Notes: generated by a model not told the origin, from the sequence alone. Shown: positions 39,297-53,326, counted from the stretch's first letter. The stretch: DNA of 64,000 bases from Octopus sinensis (GCF_006345805.1 NC_043004.1:86800001-86864000); one strand, 5' to 3'. Made by a program: numbers and translations.

Positions 39297-41159
39297 CTTT
39301 TTAATTCTATCGAATGACATTTTCTTACGTCAGAGTTTCGTATCTACTAGTCGAAGGAGAATTATCGCTCTTAACTTATTTTAAAAGAATTGATTAAAAA
39401 AATATTTGTTTTAAATAAGATCTTTAAGACAGATAGATAAAAAGATGGTTGGATAGATAGATAGATAGACAGATAGAAGTATCCCAAGTGGCAACCTTAG
39501 AGTTTAACGTCCCTTTTTCACTTTAACTGGTATTATTTTATTAAGCAACAGAAGAATTTTTTACTTTGTGTTGCGGCCAATTTGCTTGTCATAGAGAATA
39601 TTTGTTGGTGCAGTTCAAGTATTCATGTGTTCTTGCTGTTGGTTAAGTTGGCAGGATGTGCTCAAGAAAAAAAACTGCCTTCGAAATGTGTGGAAAGTGT
39701 CTGAAAATACGAATAAACTGTCGATATTATGGATATATAAACTAATACCCAATCGTGAATTATGATTTCTTTGTTACGAATGCAAGTTTTTTTGATTAAT
39801 TTTTTTTTTATTTAAGAAACTGAAAGGTATTAATAAAATGTATGTTAGTAACCATTATTCGACCAGCTGTCACCGATACTTCGTCTACTTTTCATAGAGG
39901 ATTGTCAGCTGTGTCCTTCTGAAATGACGGAATAATCACGCCGTCTATCAGGTCATTGCTTAATTATTTGTAAAGTATTCTTCAGATTAACTGGGAGACA
40001 GAAAGAAAAATGACACTTTAACATGGTAGTTTCGCCTATAAGTATTCGGGCACATTTAACCAGAAATAGAAATTTTCCTAAATGTAACAGGTGGGAGAGT
40101 ACTGTATTTTTGATATCATAATTAGATACCTATGAACACCCATTTAGAAAGTTTATATGGTCTATTGTGTTTCACTTATAATGGTTGATGGAAAAAAATC
40201 TTTTTTTCATAAACTAATATTGTCTATCCCTTTTACTCTCTCTCTCTCCCTCCCTCTTTCTATCTATCTATCTATCTATTTTTTCTTTCTCTTTTACGAT
40301 CCCGTTTGATCAAAAATCTACCTCTCTCCCCAAAAAGAAAAGCTCTACTTTGTAATCTGTCCCGTCTGTGTGCAGCCCTGTGTGGCTAATAAAGAAACAT
40401 ATCTATCTATCTATCTGTCTGTCTGTCTATCATATCGCCAGTATAGTTAGTGGTCTCTCATATTCAAGAGCTTGGGCATCAGAAATGTTAGTCTTAACAT
40501 TATCTGAGCCTTCAACTGCTTCTGGCATGAAAACAGCCTACGTTGCCTTATTATCGACATCATCTGTTCACTCAACTTTTTGATTGGAAGACTTCTGTCA
40601 GACCACTTCCATTGTAACATGTGATGACATGGGCTTCCCTCTGTATCACATTCTATCAACCTTATACTACGTTTGTTTGTACTCCCCACATTTTCCTTGG
40701 TGTACATTAACAACCAACTTGTTCTCACTTCCAGCCATATCAACAACACATGTGCAAACAATACTACCCTTAAATTTTCCTTACACTTTTGGACATAGAT
40801 ATGATCCACACAATTGAAACAATAACACCAATCATATACTGCTTCTATAAGCAAAGGTCTTACAACATCCTTCCATGAAAACATGTCAACCTAATCTCCT
40901 TCAACAGTACAATCAGCCCACTCAATTTAGTTGCTTTTCTGCCTCACTTTCTCTATATCATTTAAAGACTATATCTCACCCACCCACTTTCTTCTGTTTT
41001 GTTTTTACTGTCTTAACCAACGATGGAAGGGTATTGCCTATGACATTTCCTGGGCCTTAGAAACTGGTGAGAAGGGAGGAATATATTGTTAGACTACGGA
41101 GCTTAAATGCTTACAACAAAATGGAGTCCATTGGTGTTAAAAATGGACTGCAGATTAAA

Positions 41160-41365
41160 ATAATAATAATGAAATTATTGTACATAGTGCTCAAGTGCAC
41201 TACAACTCATCAGAGGTGGATGTACAGTACATAGAATTATATACAAAAGTCAGGAAAGTGAACAGTGTATGAGTCATGATATACATGTGTGCATGCATAT
41301 GAAGCAGGGGACATCAGGTGTAGAGTTGGCGAATTTCAGAAAAGAAGGAGGTTTTAAAGGATGCA
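41160..41365 (-). mobile_element. CR1-type LINE 3' UTR fragment
   Basis: Homologous to 42285-42495. Confidence 0.8.
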
Positions 41366-42284
41366 AGCAGAGGGTTTAAAGGATTGTGTATTATTTAAAA
41401 ACAGCACTGAGCCGTCTCTGTAAAATGTCTAACTCTATATATTTTCACCTTTAACTTAAGCTTTCTTCACAGAAATTTCATTTTCTCCTGTTATATACAT
41501 TTGTGCCAGGAAAACAAAGTACCTTTTAACATTTTTTAAAGTTGTCCTTTTGATCAGACTTGTTAATATTTGTATTGCTGTTGTTGTTCAGCCCAAGTTG
41601 ATCCTGATAATCAAACATGTTTGCAACAAAGGCATTCTAGCTTTTTAGATGGTATATGGACTAGATTATGTAATAACTCTTTTTTTTATTTTTTACTTAA
41701 TTTGGCAGAGTACAATCTGAGTGAGATTTGACTAATATTACTTCCAAGTCAAAGGAACATGATATGTAGTTGCTTCTCAAGTTGTAAAATAATTTGTATA
41801 TATTACTGCTAAATCTAATAAAAAATTTCTTCAAACATATCAATACCCCATCGTTCTTCCCTCACACTGAAAATTACATGGTATTTGAAGTAAGACTGAT
41901 AAACTTACCTCTGTAACTTTGACTCTTCTCAGTTATCATTACCCATTCAGTAGATAGATAATCTGTACTTTCTGACTTTTGGGGATTATTTCCAAGTTGA
42001 TATTATCTGTGAACACAGAATGCTATTCTCACCATACGTCCATCATGTAGAATTCTTAAATGTTTATTTAATGTGTGAATTCAGAATTAAAATACCTGGG
42101 AAAATACAGGTATATTAAAGCAGATACTATTACCTTATTGGCTGTGGTTGAGAAAAAGCCTGGTGCATAAATAACAAGTTTTGTAGGTTTTTAAATAGTT
42201 TTTCATTTTTTTCTTTCTTTGCTCGTGACTTTATTTTTTTCTGGCTTTGGATTTATATCTTCATGTGGAACATTTATATAATTA

Positions 42285-45005
42285 AATAATAATGATAATG
42301 AAATTATTGTATACAGTGCTCAGGTGTGCCACAACTTGTCAGAAAGTGTGTATAGAGTATATGCAGTAATGTACAAATGTCTGGAAAGCGAACAATGCAT
42401 GAGTCAGATACATGCTTGTGTGTGTATAGAGGGGAGAAAATCAGGTGTAGTGTTGGCAAATCTCAGAAAGCATGGAAGTTTTGAAGGATGCAGTGCTCCG
42501 ACAACTAACAACTGATGCTGGCAGTTTGTTCCATGCTTCAGCAACTCTCAGCATGAAAAAATGTTTCCTAAAGTCATGGGAGCTGTGCTGTTTTCTGACT
42601 TTGTAAATATGTCCACGGGTGTTAGATGGGTGGAGTTTGAAAAGGCGCTCAGAGTTATTGTTTGTATGATGGTTGATAATTTTATGGGTGTCTGCCAAGT
42701 CAGCTGCCAGACGTTGGAGTTTCAATGTGTCCATGCCCAGGGAAGTAAGGCATTCAGGATATGGCAAATGCCTGATGGAGGGTATTCTTTTGGTTGCACA
42801 TTGCTGAACGGCTTCCAGACGATTGATATCCTGGGCAAGATAGGAGTTCCAGACCGGTGATGCAAATTCCAGGTGAGGTCTTACCATAGCTATATAAAGC
42901 CGCAGATAGATAGTCGGAGAGCGGCTTACAAAGGATTTGGTGAGTGATGCCAAGACACCCTCAGCCTTCTTGACAATTTTAGCGATGTGTTTTGTCCAAC
43001 ACAAATCACTGTCGACAATAACACCCAGGTCACGTTCACATGAAGACTTTTTGAGACTAGTGTTGTGGAGGGAGTAGGTGGACGCTGGGTTTCTCCTCCC
43101 AAAATGCATGGTGGTACATTTGTCCACAGCTAGCTTGAGTTGCCAGTCCATGATCCACTGCTGCATTGTGTCCAGGTCTGCTTGCAATAGAGATCTATAG
43201 TGTACAGGATCTGACCTCTTTATTTCAAGGTACAGCTTGATGTCATCTGCATATTTCAGCACTGTGGCATTCTTTAAGTTGGCATCTATGTCATTAACAT
43301 ATGCAACAAATAAAAGGGGGCCAAGAACAGATCCCTGTGATACACCAGATGTTATCTCATAGGCCGAAGAGTGCTGTCCTAGAACTGTGACAACCTCTTT
43401 TCGGCCAAAAATAAAGGACTTCAACCAGTTATAGAGTTCGTCTCTTACGCCCAACGCAGAGAGCTTCACCATAAGTCTTTTGTGTGGCACAGAGTTAAAA
43501 GCCTTAGCAAAGTCCAGGTAAACAACATCCACCCAGGATCTGCGATCAGTGATTTGGGTAACGTCCTCAAGAAACTCGAGTTGATTACAGCAGCTGGAGT
43601 TAGGAATAAATCCGAATTGTGACGGCTGGATGAGGCTGTGAGACTTCCAGAAGTTCCAGAGGGTTTCTCTGATACAGGATTCCATCAGTTTGGCGATGCA
43701 GCTAGTAAGACTAACGGGGCGATAATTGACAGGCGATGTGCAGTCGCCTTTTTTGAACAGAGGGATAACACTGGCAGTTTTTCACTGTTCTGGAGTAACA
43801 CCATTGTCAAGACAGAATTGGAAGAATAGAGAAAGTTGGCTTAGAAGAAAGTACCCACCGCATTTGAAAAGTAGGGATGTAACACCATCGAGACCTGGAG
43901 AGGTATAGTTGCGTTTATTCTTAAGGTGGCGTTGTAGCATTGCTGGTGTAAATTGCATAGTAAATATAGAGTCCGATGTCAGTGGTGATGAAGATGGAAC
44001 ATTTTGGTCTTTGACAGTAAAAATGCCGGCATAGCATCCAGGAATGATTTCTGCACATTCTTCAGGATTGCCAGTAATTGCGAAGGGGACCAACTGGAGA
44101 GTGGGGTCGCTGCTTTGAGTGCACATACTTCCAGAACACTTTGCTGTCAGGGTTAGTTGCAATGCGTTGTTCAAATTCAAGCACTGCCTTTTTTGTCACC
44201 TGCTTGAAGTGGTTGGCTGACCTATTGCACTTTTTCCTGTTGCTCTCTGATTTGTGCAATTTGTATTCCTGTTCAGCATTACTGCATTCTTTCCTGGCAA
44301 GTCGGACTGCTGCAGTCTCCCAAATTGCACTATTGGGTGGTTTTTTGTGCTTGCGTGGTACTGATGCTGCACATGCTGCCCATATTGAATTCAGAATGTT
44401 CTGGAGTATAGTGTCCATATCTCCAGAGGCATAAAATTCGAGCCAGTTTGGGTGTTGCAGCTCAGTACAATAAGAGCTCCAGTCTGCTTTATTCCAGTCA
44501 AAGCAGGCAGTCTGAAGATGGTTGTGTTTTTTGTTACAACCAATCAGAGACAAGTTGGCCATGATCATGGAATGATCAGAGTCACCTAAAGGTTCTTCAG
44601 TAGTGACACTAATGATTGTTTCAGGAGAAGCGGTAAGTAGCAGATCCAAAGTGTTGTTACCCCTTGTGGGGGAGGTAACGACTTGGGACCAATTTGAATT
44701 CAGCACCAGTTCAAGGAAATCGTCTGCACTTTGCGGCCAACGGAAGGCCTCCCAGTCAATCTCAGGGAAATTGAAGTCGCCTGCAATATTAACATATGCG
44801 GCTGTTTTCATGGCAGCAGCTCTGAGGATATCAAAAAGCTGTGCATCTTGACGATAATTTGGGGGGCGGTAAACGACTCCAAGCAGAAGTGTTGACATGG
44901 TCATGTGTATATTGCAGAAAAATACTTCCTGCTGATATTGGTTCAAATCATCACAGGGGATTGCCGATAGATTTGATCGAACATAAATCATCACACCCAC
45001 TCCAT
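42285..45005 (-). mobile_element. 5'-truncated CR1-clade LINE (APE endonuclease plus RT), ORF2 broken into three pieces
   Basis: EN motifs GVVYRPP, AGDFNFP, PTRGNNTLDLL, LGDSDH (44062-45000). RT motifs YLDFAKAF, SGVSQGSVLGPLLF, YADD, ERDLGV, NTRGH, RVAEAWNKLP (42441-43685). (ATT)n-like tail. Confidence 0.95.
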
Positions 45006-45835
45006 GGCAATTAAGTATGCTATAACAATAAATTCATTTTTTTTTTTTTTTCATTATTTGCTCAAAACTCTCAATACCATTTCAAAAAACAAGTGAACAA
45101 TTTTTTTTCTAAGCTTAATGTATGCTCAGGATACTCAATAATTAAACTAAATATAACCCCTGGAGTCCTTTTCACTTTCAATACTCTATGTAAAAGGCAA
45201 TCTCTTGATTACATTTTTTGAACTAAAATCCTCACAGAAATAATTTCAACATAATAATAGGTGAATATTATACAGGACTCAAAGCTATTTTGTAACTACG
45301 CTTAGTGATATACTGTAATTGATAGCGTAAAAGACTCATGGGTATATTAGATGCACTCCAATTTCAGCAGCATATATTCAAGAAAAAAAGTTTGTAGTGC
45401 ATTAAAGCTTATGAAAGGCTCAACTTTGCATAGAGGACCTGGGGTGGTTTTTTGAGACTTTTTTGAAAGAGTGCATCAAATGTAGTGCTTGTGTTTGGAA
45501 AGACTCATACTGAACATGATAAACTTTGAAAACTTCCCCACAGCATTATAAAGAAATAGGAAGACTCAGTGGTGAATTTTATGTAGGTCAGATTGAGACA
45601 AGTAAATCTGATAAAAAGTTCAAATCAGATGTGAAATGTAAGCTCATTAAGTATTTTGTAAGTAGTGCTACATACATATAATTTATTATATAAGTTATGG
45701 GTGTATACATGAACATGTAGTGTACATGATGTATTTGTAAGAGACAAAACAAAATAAATAGAAAAGAATGATTTATAAAAAAAGGTACCTCAGTTTTGTC
45801 TCTAACGGGAAGAAAACTCCTTTGAAACCATAAGC

Positions 45836-46214
45836 TAGCACCGGATTAACCGTTAAGCAAAATAAACACGTGCTTAAGGCATGAAGAGAAGTGGGGCACT
45901 GCAGAAATGGTTTACAACACAAAACAAATAACTTTAAACTTGCTAAAATAACATTCACGATGCCATATCTTCACTGAGTATAGAAGCAGATGTGTTACAT
46001 AAGATTAATTTTAAGGATCTGATCAAAGACTTTGCAATTAAAAGAAGTAGGAAAAAAACTTTTCAAATATACAGTGGAAGGATATAAAAATAAACAGTGC
46101 TTTCTGTTTCAATTTGAAAAATAAGAATTTATTTTCTGGTTTATCCTTGTTTATATTATTAATTACAAATATTTGTAAAGTGCTTAGTGCCTCCATGGGT
46201 CTTAATTTGGCTCC
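45836..46214 (+). mobile_element. hAT-family non-autonomous remnant
   Basis: 45959-46060 translates DAISSLSIEADVLHKINFKDLIKDFAIKRSRK, like the hATC dimerization C-terminus of ZMYM1-type transposases. Ends CCGGATTAA / TTAATTTGG. Confidence 0.55.
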
Positions 46215-46597
46215 ACCATAAACCCTATTATTTAATGGCCTCTAGCAAACCAACCCTTCTGTTCTGCCTGACCTGATGTTGAATAGTTTGACAATATTGT
46301 GTTGACGGACAATGTCAAGTCAGACTCTGTCCCAACAATAAAGATTGCCACAGTATCAGAAATACGAATTTGTCAGAAACCATTAATGAACTTGAAGCAG
46401 CTGTTGATAAGTTCACTTCAAATTTGTTTCACATAATTATAATAGTTTACTGAAACATCTGTTCTCCTCCAGGTCTGTATGTAAATTATATATGAAAGTC
46501 TAAAATGAACAACATTCATACTGAAAAGGAGTTAAATGCTATTATATTTGATAGTAAAATATGTACAAGAGGTACTTCAAGCAGATCATTTACTATT

Positions 46598-46979
46598 AGG
46601 TGCAGGAGTGGCAGTGTGGTAAGTAGCTTGCTTACCAACCACATGGTTCCAGGTTCAGTTTCACTGTGTGGCACTTTGGGCAAGTGTTGTCTACTATAGC
46701 CTCAGGCCGACCAAAGCCTTGTGAGTGGATTAGGTAGACGGAAACTGAAAGAAACCCATCATATATATGTATATGTATATATGTGTGTGTTTGTCCCCCC
46801 AACATTGCTTGACAACCAAAGGTGGTGTGTTTACGTCCCCGTAACTTGGTGGTTCAGCAAAAGAGACTGATACAATAAGTACTAGGCTTACAAAAAATAA
46901 GTCCTGGGGTCGATTTGCTCGACTAAAGGTGGTGCTCCAGCATGGCTGCAGTCAAATGACTGAAACAAGTAAAAGAGTA
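46598..46979 (+). mobile_element. SINE family A
   Basis: Full-length match. Confidence 0.9.
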
Positions 46980-47799
46980 TTAATCTCTGTATGTGCAAAA
47001 ATCTAGCTTACAAATACTGAATCATATTTTTTGACTGGCAGTCTTAATTTATCCCCCAATTTATTGCCATTATGAGTCTTGGGTGTCTTTAGCAGCATCC
47101 ACACTGCTGCAAATATTTTGGCTTAGTCATCAGTTTGTGGCTAATTTCTTTGCTCCCTACTTCCAGTTCATGTACCAGTTCCAAGTTATGTAAACAATCA
47201 AAGATGCTGCCCTTCCATCCTTGACTGAGCTGTAAAAAAAATGTCAAAAGTTGTACAGGTACAATTTGAATCTCATTTACATACTAGCAGGTGATTACTC
47301 TCTTTTTTGATATAACATTTACCTAATATTGTACCTAGTTACTTATAAACATGGCAAGCTAGCAGAATTATTTGCTCATCAGACAAAAGGCTTAGCAACA
47401 TTTCTTTTGGCTATTTACCTTTTGAGTCCAAATTCTGCTGAGGTCATCTTTGCTTTTCATCACTTCGGGAGGTGTGGGGAGTTCAATAGAATAAAGTATT
47501 GTCAAGTGCTGTGGTTGATGTAATTGACTTTTCTCTTGCAACAGACTGGCATCCTGTTGTTCGAAGCTATGTTCTGATCTAAGTCATTTATACACCATGG
47601 CAACCAGATACCTACAGCTTAAGAAAATGAAAATATCACAAAGCATAGATACACAAAGGCCTTTGGTGCATAAAAATATTCAAATAGTAATTGTTGGATA
47701 TGATTCAAACCTTCAAACAGTCAAAAACTCATTTCTGGATTCTTTTCAAAAGTTACTGTGGAAGGCTGCACTCAATTATTGAGTGTTCCTTTTGAATGT

Positions 47800-48152
47800 T
47801 GGGTTTCACGGAGGCAATGGCCAAGACCTTTAATGTTATGTCATGCTTGAGAAGAAGACCCATCAAGCCAAGCAAAATTGCAGTTGTGGCAGATACCGGT
47901 GTCACACAAATTGGCACCGATGCTGGTGGCATGTAAATGCACCCCGGTGTCATGCAAATGGAACCTGTGCTGGTGGCATGTAAAAGCACCTGTTACACTC
48001 TCAGAGTGGTTGGTGTTAGGAAGGGCTTCCAGCCATATGAAAACTATGCCAAGTAAGATTGGAGCTTGGTGCAGCCTTCCAGTGTGCCAGCCCAGTCAAA
48101 CTGTCCAACCCATGCCAGCATGAACAATGGATGTTAAATGATGATGATGATG
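47800..48152 (+). mobile_element. RTE LINE 3' end
   Basis: Homologous to the reverse complement of 26345-27055; (ATG)n tail. Confidence 0.75.
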
Positions 48153-48437
48153 ACAACGATTGCAATTCTCATAAAAATTATCTACAATGTTTGATCTTGG
48201 GGAAAAGTCTAAGAATTTTTATTCCTCTGATCTTAGACAAAAGATGTTATGTGCACTCTACTCCCTGGTATTGAGAGAGTGCATGGGTGTGTCTTATTCT
48301 AGCATGGACTAAAGTACAACACATGCTTAAAAATTCAGATTTTGAAGACAAAGGAATCTAGTTCTATATTTAAGAGATGAGGAATTATGTACATTATTTA
48401 CATTCGACAGATATTTGTCCTCATCTTGTTTGTTGTT

Positions 48438-48483
48438 AACACAACATTTTGGCTGATATACCCTTCAGCCTTCTTCAGGTGTC
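48438..48483 (-). ncRNA. Degenerate minimal type I hammerhead motif
   Basis: GACAC-CTGAAGA-A-GGCTG...CAGCC-AAAA-TGTT-GTGTT. GAAA is mutated to AAAA, consistent with CpG decay. Confidence 0.6.
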
Positions 48484-48519
48484 TTGGGGAAATTTCGAAC
48501 CTGGGTTCTCATTCCCAAG

Positions 48520-48761
48520 GTGTATGTGTGTGTGTGTGTGTATACATTTATGTATGTAAATTATGTGTACATACATACATACACACACACACACATATAT
48601 ATATATGTGTGTGTGTATGTGTATATGTATGTATGTTTATGTATATATATATGTATGTATATGTGCATATATATATGTATATATGTGCGTGTATATATAT
48701 ATATATATGTATGTATATATATATGTGTATATATAGGTATATATGTGTATATATGTGTGTG

Positions 48762-48859
<98 letters not shown>

Positions 48860-48862
48860 GTA
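48520..48862. repeat. Compound (TG)/(TA)n microsatellite
   Basis: Direct repeats; these explain the YI/CV-rich pseudo-ORFs here. Confidence 0.95.
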
Positions 48863-48869
48863 TCCGTAG

Positions 48870-49272
48870 CCAGTACCACATCGACTGGCCTCCGTGCTGT
48901 GGGCATGTAACAAACACCATCCGATCGTGGCCGTTTGCCAGCCTCATCTGGCACCTGTGTCGGTGGCACATAAAAACACCATCCGAGCGTGGCCGTCTGC
49001 CAGCCTCATCTGGCACCTGTGTCGGTGGCACATAAAAAACACCATCCGAGCGTGGCCATTTGCCAGCCTCGTCTGGCACCTGTGTCGGTGGCACATAAAA
49101 TCACCCACTACACTCTCGGAGTGGTTGGCGTTAGGAAGGGCATCCAGCTGTAGAAACACTGCCAGATCTGACTGGACTGGTGCAGCTTTCGGGCTCCCCA
49201 GACCCCAGTTGAACCGTCCAACCCATGCTAGCATGGAAAGCGGACGTTAAATGATGATGATGATGATGATGA
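48870..49272 (+). mobile_element. RTE-type 3' UTR with three ~61-bp tandem units
   Basis: AAACACCATCCGAGCGTGGCCGTTTGCCAGCCTCATCTGGCACCTGTGTCGGTGGCACATAA x3, then the shared tail ending (ATG)n. Confidence 0.85.
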
Positions 49273-49325
49273 TATATATATATATGAAAATGGAGTTAAA
49301 CGCAGGTGTTATCTAAATGTTTTTA

Positions 49326-49409
49326 CTTCCGAAATATGTTTCAAAGACAGTTCTATATTCCAGAAATAATAAAATGGTGTAAAACAGTGCAATCTTCTCA
49401 TCAGGGAAA
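49326..49409 (-). ncRNA. Type I hammerhead motif with long stem II, stem III probably damaged
   Basis: TTTCC-CTGATGA-GAAGATTG...CTGTCTTT-GAAA-CATATT-TC-GGAAG. Confidence 0.6.
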
Positions 49410-51607
49410 GAAAGAAACCAAACACCCCAAGACATTTTAACAGAATGTGATGACTACGTATATGATGAAGTATTTAAAAAAAACACTACAATAATCATTA
49501 AATACAAAAATTTCTTTCAACATTTTCTGCATACGTGTTTGTGCTTGAAGTTAACCGTTTGTTTACAATGTAATCGGTAAGAAGTATTGATGTAATCTGA
49601 TTTTGAGAAGATCCGCCCACGTCAGCAAAACTGAGTTCCTGAAGCGTTGTGTGTCCCACTCATACTTAAGAAAATTTCTCACACACTCTACCACAATGAA
49701 TCAAACTACACCTCTTTTCTTCCTCCTATTTCCAATTCATACACTATGCTTCCTCCACTCCCCAATCGTGTCCCCTTGGCCCTGTGCCACTGTATCATTG
49801 CTATCTGCTAGTCCCCAACTCGTGTGTTCCACCCACACAAAACAAAAAAACTTTTCCCTCACCCTACCCCAACAAACCAATCTACATCTCTTCTCTTCCC
49901 CACATTTCCTCCTTCATGCACTATGCCAAGCTTTTACTCCCCAATCCTGTCCTCATAGCCCTGTTCCTCTGTATCACTACTATCCAGTCGACCCCTGGCT
50001 CTATATATATCCAAGTTTTCACCACTCACTCCCCCACTCTGCACTCTTTAATCATACTTCCCTTGCTATATCCTGCCACTTATATTATGGCATTCGAACC
50101 TCAAGGATATGCCCTGGCATTTGCCACCACCTATATCTCTCTATTCCTTTACTCAAACATCCCATTTATATTCTGATCCCCATCCCTTGTGAGTATGCCT
50201 GGCACTTTGCCACCATCTTTAACCTACAGTCTCCCACTCTCTCTCTCTCTCCTTCTCCTGCACTTCCCTCAGGTTGGGTAACCATGTATTTCCTTTGCAG
50301 CAGTGCACCTGTTTCTGTCTTCATTCCTGACCTTTCTCTCTCTGGCCAGGTAACCATGGACCTCCTCAACAGTGAGACACCTATTTCTGTCTCTCTGTAA
50401 CCTTTCATCACCCAACATAAGATCACCTCCTCTAATGCCCCCCCCCCCATCTCAAAACTTTTTTTCTTTTTCTCTTGGAAGTACTTGGTGACCCTGTTAA
50501 TGCAGGTGCTACTTAAAAGCATCCACTCCACACTGCAAAGTGGTTGGCATTTGGAAGGGTATCCATTTGTAAAAACCTTGCCAAAACTAACCTCGCCTGT
50601 GCTTGTGTCACGTAAAAAGCGCTCACTCCACTCTGCTGAGTAATTGGTATTAGGAAGGGCGTCCAGGTGTAAAATTCCTGCCTAAACTGTTTGAGAAATC
50701 TGGTGCAGGCTTCTGCCTGGCCAGCTCGTGTCAAACCGTCTCTAGGGAAAACAGAGAGAGAGAGAGAGGGGGGGATATTCAATATCCTTAACAGCTGGCT
50801 TGCAGAAAGACCAACCCGATAACGTGTTAAGTTGTATGTGGGGGTGCGGTGTCTAAATATCTATGATCTATGTGAATGTAGTACATGACTATACGTAATA
50901 TTTAGCCTGTATTTGCATATAATAAATGTAGATCAGTAAATCATATAATTTCAGTTTCATCGTGAACGATCTTTATTGATATAGGATGTGTATATTGTTG
51001 CTGTAATTGATTTAAAGAAATTTCATTCATTATTCTCTTTCCAAAAGCAAAATATTTTTCTCGTATGCCAAGTCATGATGGAGTTATTTCCCTTACATCA
51101 TATCTCTGTATGTGCATTTTGTAAATATTCCAACTTAAGTTTTAAAAAAATATTTTTATTCCAGAAACATAAAACTAAGCATCGCAATATGGTCAAGATT
51201 TCTGCTTCATAACCACGGGGCTTTGGGTTCGATCTCAGTATACGACACTTTGAGCAAGCGTCTTAATCTGTAACCTATAACTGACCAATGCTTTATGGAT
51301 AAAGAAGTAATTAAAATTGCTTGAACAGTACATATAATATGCACAGGAAGTAAACAGTGAAAAAAATAGGGGCAGGTATAGTTGTGTGGTAAGAAGCTTG
51401 CTTCCCAACACACGCTTCCGAGTTCAGTTCCCTCGTCTGACACCTTTGGCAAGTGTCTTCTACTATAGTTTTGGGCAGACCAAAGGTTTGTTAGTAGATT
51501 TGGCGGATGGAAACTGAAAGAAGCCCGTCATATATATACGTAAAAGACGAAGATGGGTGTATAAACAACAAGTAGGTGTATTAGTTTGATGTCCAGGAAT
51601 GTGAGAA

Positions 51608-51646
51608 AGTCTTTTACGTTTCGAGCCTACGCTCTCCAACAGAAAG
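51608..51646 (-). ncRNA. Variant minimal hammerhead-like motif inside an insert in SINE A
   Basis: CTTT-CTGTTGGA-GAGC-GTAG-GCTC-GAAACGTA-AAAG, non-canonical core. Related decayed copy at about 15700-15732 (-). Confidence 0.45.
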
Positions 51647-51934
51647 AAACATGAAGAAATAAGCAGAGAACGGAGAGAAAAGGAGATTCAAGCGTGCGTG
51701 CCTTGTGTCTCACTACTGCTTGATAACCGGTGTCGGTGAGTTCACGTTCCTGTAAATGAGCAGTTTAGTAAAAGTAACAGATAGAATAATTACTAGGCTT
51801 AAAAAAAGGTCCTGGGGTCAATTTGTTTGCCTAAAACTTTTCTAGGCTGCACACCAGCATAACCACAGTCAAATTACTGAAACAAGTAAAAGATAAAAAT
51901 CTTTAAAAAATGAAAAAGAAGAAACAGGGGTAGG

Positions 51935-52215
51935 GGACATTAGGTGTACTATTGGCGAATTTCATGAAGTATGGAAGTTTGAAAGATGTAGTGTCTTGAC
52001 AGCTAACAATTGATGTGGGTAGTTTATTCCACACTTCAGCAATTCTGAGTGTGAAAAAATGTTTCTGAAAGTCATGGGTGCTGTGTTGTTTTTTGATTTT
52101 GTAAGCATGTCCATGAGTGTTTGACATATGGAATTCAAGAAGGCGCCCAACATTGTTGTTGGAAAGATGGTGGATAATCTTGTGCATCCCTACTGAGTCA
52201 GCTGCCAGACATTGT
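51935..52215 (-). mobile_element. CR1-type LINE 3' fragment
   Basis: ORF 51903-52187 NTHGHAYKIKKQHS...HFFTLRIAEVWNKLP. Confidence 0.85.
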
Positions 52216-52277
52216 CCCTGGATTAGATAGGTTCAACTAAAAACGTTTAAACATAGTGTTCTTGCATTGTCAAACCT

Positions 52278-52685
52278 TTAATAATGGAAGGCAAGGTTTA
52301 CGATATCGGAAGAATATCGTCTTTTTGTTCTTCATGTAGTTCAGGCTTCCGGCAGGCAAAGAGAGAAAACTTCAAGTACAAATGCTATTTACAACCAGTT
52401 TATTTACAGGATAGGTGAAATGTGCTACTCTCAGCTACCATCTTTAGCTGTGTGCATTGTGTAGTAACTCGTTAGTGTGGGCACAAATTGCTTCCAGCCA
52501 GTGAGGTTGTTCAGCTAGCGCTGCTGTGAAGGTGGGGCCAAAAGAGAGAGATTTGAATCGGGTTTTCCCTTTATATAGTTTCCATCACAAGCCTCGTTGT
52601 GATCTCACACATGGCAAATGGATGCAGGTGATGTCTTACTCCAGTCTCAGAGATGGCAATGGCTGCCGCAAGATCTTATCCAACT
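52278..52685 (-). mobile_element. Solo-LTR-like repeat, copy 1
   Basis: Inverted homolog of 56975-57415; a third fragment lies at 55479-55580. Confidence 0.55.
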
Positions 52686-53291
52686 TTTGGTATCATTTAT
52701 TACCATTACACATGTTTCATTTGCTAATAGAAGTTACAAAGTTTTACATCTAGGAGAATCATGTAAAATATCTCCTATTAGAAATTCTCTAGACACATAT
52801 ATCTATTATTTAATTGAAGTTTATCTTCCTCCACCCTTCTCTAATTCCCTTTTTCTCCCCCTCTCTCCTTCACTATTTTCCATTTGTCTCTCTCTCTTTC
52901 ACCCCTCTTTCTCTTTTTCTCTCTCTTTTATCTTTTTTCTTTCAAAAAAATGTTTCTTCCAGCGTTCACTATTTTCCTCTCATTCTGGTCTAATGACTCT
53001 CCATGTTTGTTTTTGTTTGGTTTTTTTGTATGTCTCCACTGCCGTTTTTTGGTTCCCAACTTTGACCCTCCACAACTTCTAAATTTTATTTTAGAATTTA
53101 TGAGAGCAACTGTCTGTGAAGACTCATATTGTCATTGAACTCTTGAAATGAGGAGTTAATAGACAGCCAACAATTCATGAAAGATCTTTTCTCTGTGTTT
53201 ACTTGTCCTGTTTCCCATTTCTCTTGTTTATGTATTTCATGTTATTTGCACCATTGGTGACGTCCAGTACCTATATATGCTTGTATATACG

Positions 53292-53326
<35 letters not shown>

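Noticed and set aside
45544-45637. Possible plus-strand exon (CAG|HYKEIGRLSGEFYVGQIETSKSDKKFKSDVK|GTAAG)
   Set aside because: Splice-like ends and an open frame are present, but there is no recognisable homology and no partner exons could be joined; a divergent gene cannot be excluded.
48387-49094. Long YI/CV/HT-rich ORFs here and at about 428, 5473, 6419 and 63663
   Set aside because: They are translations of microsatellites.
48900-49100. CRISPR-like regular repeats
   Set aside because: The units are contiguous with no unique spacers, no cas genes are present, and they belong to an RTE 3' UTR in a eukaryote.
49603-50400. 265-aa ORF
   Set aside because: It is pyrimidine-rich with no ATG start context or recognisable domain, and its end overlaps a repeat also seen at about 28690-28760.
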